From: Eledone cirrhosa
Lineage: Eukaryota
Reading direction: 5' to 3'
NCBI GenBank assembly: GCA_964016885.1
Contig: OZ024743.1
Span: 378,572,001 to 378,636,000, forward strand
Length of the DNA stretch: 64,000 bases
In this document: one piece after another, positions 57,172-64,000 of the stretch
Position numbering within the stretch: the stretch's first letter is position 1
How the letters are laid out: every line of letters begins with the position of its first letter
Program-made: the position numbers and the translations under genes
The notes under the pieces: generated by a model
Database searches by the model: none
What the model was told of the DNA's origin: nothing
What the model saw: the letters and a program-made list of their open reading frames with translations, nothing else

Positions 57172-57696
57172 GTATATATATATGTGTGTATATATATGTG
57201 TATATATATATATGTATATATATATACATATATATATATATAAGTGTGTATATATATATATGTGTGTATATATATATGTGTGTATATATATATGTGTGTA
57301 TATATATATATGCGTATATAGATATATGCGTATATAGATATATGTGTATATAGATATATGTGTATATAGATATATACGTGTATATATATATACGTGTATA
57401 TATATACGTGTATATATATATATGTGTGTATATATATATGTGTGTATATATATATATATATGTGTATATATATATATGTGTGTATATATATGTATGTATA
57501 TATATATATGTATGTATATATATATGTGTGTGTATATATATATATATATGTGTGTGTATATATATATATATATGTGTGTGTATATATATATATGTGTGTA
57601 TATATATATATGTGTGTGTATATATATATATATATGTGTGTGTATATATATATATGTGTGTATATATATATATATGTGTGTATATATATATATACA
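57172..57696. repeat. (TA)n/(TG)n compound microsatellite
   Basis: Read directly. Confidence 0.95.
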
Positions 57697-58810
57697 CAGG
57701 GAAATGGCCTTGCTCAGTATGTAGGAAAGGTGTAGGTAGGAACTCCATTCTTTGCCCCAAATGCAAACAATGGGTACACAAGAGATGTAGCGGGATCTCA
57801 GGAAGCTTAATTAAGAATGTAGGATTCACATGCAGCAGCTGTGCTGAAACAGCAAGCAAACAGCCACAGGAAACAAGTACCACCAATCTCTGGGAGGGCC
57901 CTGTAGAAACAGTAGACAGCTTCTGCTACCTAGGTGACCGAATTAGCAACGGAGGTGGGTGCTCAGAAAGTACAATAACTAGGGTAAGAACGGGATGGAA
58001 GAAGTTTAGGGAACTACTACCACTGCTAGCTGCAAAAGGCTTCTCCCTCAGAATGAAAGGCAGACTGTATGATGCGTGTATCCGAACAGCGATGTTGCAT
58101 GGTAGTGAGACCTGGGCGCTGAAGGTGGAAGACTTACGTAGATTAGAGAGAAACGAAGCCTGCATGCTCCGATGGATGTGTAACAGTAATATACGTGAAC
58201 GACAAAGCATAAATGAATTGAGAGAGAGACTGAGCATAAGAGGAATCAAATGCTGCGTGCAGGAGAGGCGGTTACGCTGGTATGGACATGTGATGCGTAT
58301 GAAGGATGACAGCTGCATAAAAAGGTGCAGAGCACTAGAAGTTGATGGAAACCGCGGAGTGGGGAGACCCAAGATGACTTGGGATGAGGTGATAAAAGCC
58401 GACCTTACCCAACTACACCTCTCAAAGTCAATGACACACGACCGTGACTTCTGGCGTCACGCAGTAATACAGGGTACCCGACCTCCCATGGGTACATGCT
58501 GAAGCATATAAACAATATGCCCCCCCCCCCCCCCCCCCCCCACCCCACCGCAAGGTGGTCGTGGAGGTGCCACGGCAAAAAAGCACCCAGCCCACACTGT
58601 AAAGTGGACGTGTAGGCGCCACGAAAAAGCACCCAGCACTCACTGTAAATGAGGTTGGTGTTAGGAAGGGCATCCAGCTGTAGAAATCAAGCCAGATCAG
58701 TTCCTGTATGAGCAAGGCATGGTCAGCCGACCAGACACTGCCCACAACAGGACAACCCGTCTAACCCATGCTAGCGTGGAAGAACGGACGTAAAACGGTG
58801 ATGATGATGA
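57697..58810 (+). mobile_element. RTE subfamily A, 5'-truncated at the start of the PHD finger; near-identical to 25013-26113 in opposite orientation
   Basis: The protein from GKWPCSVC to TRPPMGTC differs at only ~3 residues from the 25 kb copy. Same 3' UTR with poly-C. Confidence 0.95.
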
Positions 58811-58997
58811 TATATATATGTGTGTATATATATATAATATGTATATATATATATATGTGTGTGTATATATATATATAATATGTATATTATTAATATATAT
58901 ATATGTATATATATATGTATATGTATATATGTATATGTATATGTATATATGTATATATATATGTATATATATATATGTATATATAATATGTATATAT

Positions 58998-61153
58998 ATC
59001 ACTGATGCTGATAAGAAGGTAGCTTGGAAGTGTCACTATGAAAGGCTACTAAATGAGGAGAATAAATGGGAGAAAGACAGTCTCCCCCACATCGACCCAA
59101 TAGAGGGACCAGCAGTGTTAGTCGAGGGTAGTATAATAAGGCAATCAAAGATATGAAGACGGGTAAGGCGGCTGTGCCTTCGGAAATAGTTGCCGAGATG
59201 CTGAAGGCATCTGGTACGGTGGGACACACCATGGTCACCCGGATAGTCAACCAAGTCATACAGAATGGGGCTGTTCCGAAGGACTGGCGTAGCAGCATTA
59301 TCGTTAACTATTATAAGGGTAAAGGAGATGCCCTAGATAGGAGTAACTATAGAGGCATTAAATTAATCGACCAGGTCATGAAGGTCACGGAAAAAGTAAT
59401 AGCGCAACTAATCAGAGAGCGAATTGATCTAGATGAAATGCAGTTCGGGTTTGTGTCAGGAAAAAGTACCACAGACGCTCTTTTCATTGTACGACAACTA
59501 CAGGAGAAGTACCTAGCTAAAAGTAAACCCCTATACTTAGCTTTCGTCGACTTGGAGAAAGCCTTCGACAAGTCCCCCGTTCCATTATCTGGTGGGCTCT
59601 TAGAAAACTAGGTGTTGATGAATGGCTTGTGAGAGCTATACAAGCCATGTATAAAGAAACAGTCAGCAAGGTTAGAATTAACAACGAATATATTGAAGAG
59701 TTTAGTGTAAAAGTTGGTGTTCATCAGGGCTCTGTTCTTAGCCCCCTACTATTTATTATTGCCCTCCAGGCTATAACAGTGGAGTTCAAGACCGGCTGCC
59801 CATGGGAACTCCTATACGCAGATGATCTAACGCTCATAGCTGAAACAATGGCCGAGCTAGAGAAGAAATTCCAAACATGGAAGCACGGCCTAGAATCAAA
59901 AGGCCTTAAAATTAACCTGGCTAAGACTAAAGTTCTAGTTTGTAAGAAAGAAAATAAGGCGGCGGTCCCCTCCGGGAAGTGGCCATGCTCGGAGTGTAGG
60001 AAAGGCATAGGTAGAAACTCCATTTTGTGTCCCAAATGCAAAGTTTGGGTGCATAAAAGATGTAGTGGGATCACAGGTAAGCTAACTAAGAACATAGATT
60101 TTACATGTGGCCGGTGTTCTGGGGCAATAAGTAGCAGCAAGTGCCCACAAAATACTAGCTCTTTCAACTGCGCAGAGGGTTCTATAGAAATAGTGGACAG
60201 CTTCCGTTACCTGGGTGACAAAATCAGCAGTGGGGGAGGGTGCTCTGAAAGTACAGTAGCTAGAGTCAGAACTGGATGGAAAAAGTTCAGAGAGCTTATA
60301 CCACTATTAGCCGCTAAAGGGTTCTCCCTAAAAATGAAAGGCAGGTTGTATGATGCCTGCATACGAACAGCAATGTTGCACGGCAGTGAGACCTGGGCAT
60401 TGTGTGCAGAGGATATACGCAGACTAGAGAGGAACGAAGCTTGCATGCTCCGCTGGATGTGTAATAGTAATATACGTGAACGGCAAAGCATAAACGAACT
60501 AAGGAAACAATTAGAAATAAGAGGGATCAGATGTTGTTTACTCGAGAGAAGGCTACGTTGGTATGGTCACGTGATGCGCATGAAAGACGACAGCTGTATA
60601 ACAAAGTGCAGGGCAATAAAGATAGACGGTAGCCACGGAGTAGGCAGACCCAGAAAAACCTGGGACGAGCTGATAAATTCCGACCTCACACACTTACACC
60701 TCTCCAAGACAATGTCACTGGACCGAGACCTTTGGCGGTACTCAGTAATAGAGAAGACCCGCCTTACCTAAATACAAAGTAAAACCTACTACAGTCAGTA
60801 GGCATCTCTAACAAAATACTCCCCCATCCCACCACCCTCACCCCATCCACACCGCCCCTTTCAATGTAAAGTTATGTTGGTGCCACAACATCCAGGCCGA
60901 AACAAATGAGATCGTGTAGGTGTCACAACAAAAAAACACAGTCCACGCTTTAATGTGGCCGTGTAGGCAACACGGTAAAAACCTCCCAGCCCCACACTGT
61001 AAATGTGGTTGGTGTTAGGAAGGGCATCCAGCTGTAGAAAACCCGCCAGACAGTCCTATGCGAGCAAGACAACCACTCTAGCCTCAAGTGGGAAAACTCC
61101 CGTCCAAACCCATGCAAGCGTGGAACATGGACGTTAAACGATGATGATGATGA
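58998..61153 (+). mobile_element. RTE subfamily B, 5'-truncated, frameshifts near 59140 and 59570
   Basis: ORF pieces 59153-59611 and 59629-60771 carry RT, PHD and the C-terminus. 3' UTR ends ggacgttaaacgatgatgatg. Confidence 0.95.
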
Positions 61154-61177
61154 TATATGTAATATATATATATGTAT

Positions 61178-62806
61178 ATCATCATCATCATCATCATCGT
61201 TTAACGTCCATGTTCCACGCTTGCATGGGTTTGGACGGGAGTTTTCCCACTTGAGGCAAGAGTGGTTGTCTTGCTCGCATAGGACTGTCTGGCATGTTTT
61301 CTACAGCTGGATGCCCTTCCTAACACCAACCACATTTACAGTGTGGGACTGGATGTTGTGGCACCAACATAACTTTACATTGAAAGGGGCCGTGTGGATG
61401 GGTTGGGTGTGGTGGGACGGGGGTGTATTTTGTTAGAGATGCCTACTGACTGTAGTAGGTTTTACTTTGTATTTAGGTAAGGCAGGTCTTCTCTATTACT
61501 GAGTACTGCCAAAGGTCTCAGTCCAATGACATTGTCTTGGAGAGGTGTAAGTGTGTGAGGTCGGAATTTATCAGCTCGTCCCAGGTTTTTCTGGGTCTGC
61601 CTACTCCGTGGCTACCATCTATCTTTATTGCCCTGCACTTTGTTATACAGCTGTCGTCTTTCATGCGCATCACGTGACCATACCAACGTAGCCTTCTCTC
61701 GAGTAAACAACATCTGATACCTCTTATTTCTAATTTTTTCCTTAGTTCGTTTATGCTTTGCCGTTCACGTATATTACTATTACACATCCAGCGGAGCATG
61801 CAAGCTTCGTTCCTCTCTAGTCTGCGTATATCCTCTGCACACAATGCCAGGTCTTACTGCCATGCAACATTGTTGTTCGTATGCAGGCATCATACAACCT
61901 GCCTTTCATTTTTAGGGAGAACCCTTTAGCGGCTAATAGTGGTATAAGCTCTCTGAACTTTTTCCATCCAGTTCTGACTCTAGCTACTGTACTTTCAGAG
62001 CACCCTCCCCCACTGCTGATTTTATCACCCAGGTAACGGAAGCTGTCCACTATTTCTATAGAACCCTCTGCACAATTGAAAGAGCTAGTATTTTGTGGGC
62101 ACTTGCTGCTACTTATTGCACCAGAGCACCGGCCACATGTAAAATCTATGTTCTTAGTTAGCTTACTTGTGATGCCACTACATCTTTTATGCACCCATAC
62201 TTTGCATTTGGGACATAAAATGGAGTTTCTACCTACGCCTTTCCTACACACTGAGCATGGCCATTTCCCGGAAAGGACCGGCGCCTTATTTTCTTTCCTA
62301 CAAACTAGAACTTTTGTCTTAGCCAGGTTAATTTTAAGGCCTTTTGATTCTAGGCCGTGCTTCCATGTTTGGAATTTCTTCTCTAGCTCGGCCATTGATT
62401 CAGTTATGAGCGTTAGATCATCTGCGTATAGGAGTTCCCATGGGCAGCCGGTCTTGAACTCCTCTGTTATAGCCTGAAGGGCAATAATAAATAGTAGGGG
62501 GCTAAGAACAGAGCCCTGATGGACACCAACTTTTACGCTAAACTCTTCACTATATTCGTTGTTAATTCTAACCTTGCTGACTGTTTCTTTATACATGGCT
62601 TGTATAGCTCTCACAAGCCATTCGTCAACACCTAGTTTTCTAAGAGCCCACCAGATAATGGAACGGGGGACTCTGTCGAAGGCTTTCTCCAAGTCGACAA
62701 AAGCTAAGTATAGGGGTTTACTTTTAGCTAGGTACTTCTCCTGTAGTTGTCATACAATGAAAAGAGCGTCTGTGGTACTTTTGCCTGACACAAACCCGAA
62801 CTGCAT
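61178..62806 (-). mobile_element. RTE subfamily B, 5'-truncated at MQFGF, frameshift and stop, ~100-nt deletion in 3' UTR
   Basis: ORF pieces 61817-62692 and 61518-61844. It is the reverse complement of most of the preceding copy. Confidence 0.95.
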
Positions 62807-62843
62807 TATATATATATATGTAATATATATGTATATATATATG

Positions 62844-62876
<33 letters not shown>

Positions 62877-62919
62877 GTATATATATATGTATATATATAT
62901 ATATATTTATATATATATG

Positions 62920-63393
62920 TATCATCATTATCATCGTTTAACATCCATATTCCACGCTTGCATGGGTTTGGATGGGAGTTTTCCCACTTGAGGCAAGAGT
63001 GGTTGTCATTGCTCGCATAGGACTGTCTGGCAGGTTTTCTACAGCTGGATGCCCTTCCTAACCCCAACCACATTTGCAGTGTGGAACTGGGAGATTTTTA
63101 CAGTGTTGCCTATACGGCCACATTACAGCATGGACTGTGTGTTTTTTTGTCGTGACACCTACACGATCTCATTTGTTTTGGGCTGGATGTTGTGGCACCA
63201 ACATAACTTTACATTGAAGGGGTGGTGTGGGTGGGGTGGGGGTAGTGGGACGAGGTGTATTTTGTTAGAGGTGCCTACAGACTGTAGTAGGTTTCACTTT
63301 GTACTTAGGCAAGGCGGGTCTTCTCTATTACTGTGTAGCGCCAAAGCTCTCGGTCCAGTGACATTGCCTTGGAGAGGTGTAAGTGTGTGAGGT
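62920..63393 (-). mobile_element. RTE subfamily B short 3' fragment
   Basis: Complete 3' UTR plus the last ~30 codons, matching 28598-29070. TA tracts on both sides. Confidence 0.92.
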
Positions 63394-63394
63394 G

Positions 63395-63431
<37 letters not shown>

Positions 63432-63443
63432 CCACGAACTACC

Positions 63444-63477
<34 letters not shown>

Positions 63478-64000
63478 CCACAAGCTATCAAGCACCCATG
63501 TGAAGCCCCAATCCAGAGAGAGGAAGCCCACACACACCCCTGCAAAAATCGACCCTTCCCTATGAGTGTCGACAAATGCCCAAAACTCTGAGTTGGTACC
63601 ATCAATGTAAGCACAATGAAAGGAAGAGCAGGAGAAATTTTAGAAATGCTAGAGCGAAAGGAAATTGATGTATGCTGTGTGCAAGAGACTAGATGGAGAG
63701 GAGAGTCTGCTAGAGTCCTTGTAGGAAAAGTCAGTGCTATAACTTACTAGAGGTGACGGATGAGGTCTGTGGCTGGAGTAAGACCACAGGCAGGAGGAGA
63801 GTGACTTGGTGGTGGAACAATAAGGTAGATGAGGCAGTTAAGGCCAAGAGACAGGCATGGAAAGAATGGAAGAATGGGGGGAGCAGGGTACATTACATAG
63901 AGACCAAGAGGGAAGCTAGGCGACAAGTATACTTAGCTAGGAGCGAAGCAGAGGATAGAAAATTCAAGCATGTTTTGCAACATGAGGACTAGAACCAGGA
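63478..64000 (+). mobile_element. RTE 5' region (APE N-terminus) with a large internal deletion; runs off window
   Basis: LRVGTINVSTMKGRAGEILEMLERKEIDVCCVQETRWRGESARVLVGK jumps at ~63735 to the post-APE linker NLLEVTDEVCGWSKTTGRRRVTWWWN. In-frame TAG at ~63990. Confidence 0.88.

Overview
This is eukaryotic, AT-rich, microsatellite-dense animal DNA. The repeat landscape suggests a mollusc, probably an octopod cephalopod (inference). Bases 1-16289 are a homogeneous 27-bp satellite of about 600 copies with a binary A/G site and a 4.1-4.5 kb higher-order period. Twelve GT-AG exons on the + strand (17365-38814) splice in frame to the C-terminal ~543 aa of CYFIP (Sra-1, WAVE regulatory complex). 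The N-terminal exons must lie upstream, so the satellite is probably intronic. Introns and the downstream region hold at least nine copies of RTE-clade LINEs from three related subfamilies. Their ORF carries a C4HC3 PHD-type zinc finger inserted just after the RT catalytic core. Most copies sit in (TA)n tracts, and five cluster at 57.7-64 kb, including a tail-to-tail ~1.7 kb inverted pair. The window also contains tRNA-derived SINEs (one chimeric, one nested), a complete non-autonomous Helitron, TTAA/piggyBac-like and foldback MITEs, CR1-like 3' fragments, several minisatellites (one derived from LINE coding sequence), and a duplicated CYFIP splice acceptor that could form an in-frame cassette exon. 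No prokaryotic-type system (CRISPR, operon) is present. All alignments were made by eye, and repeat boundaries are approximate.
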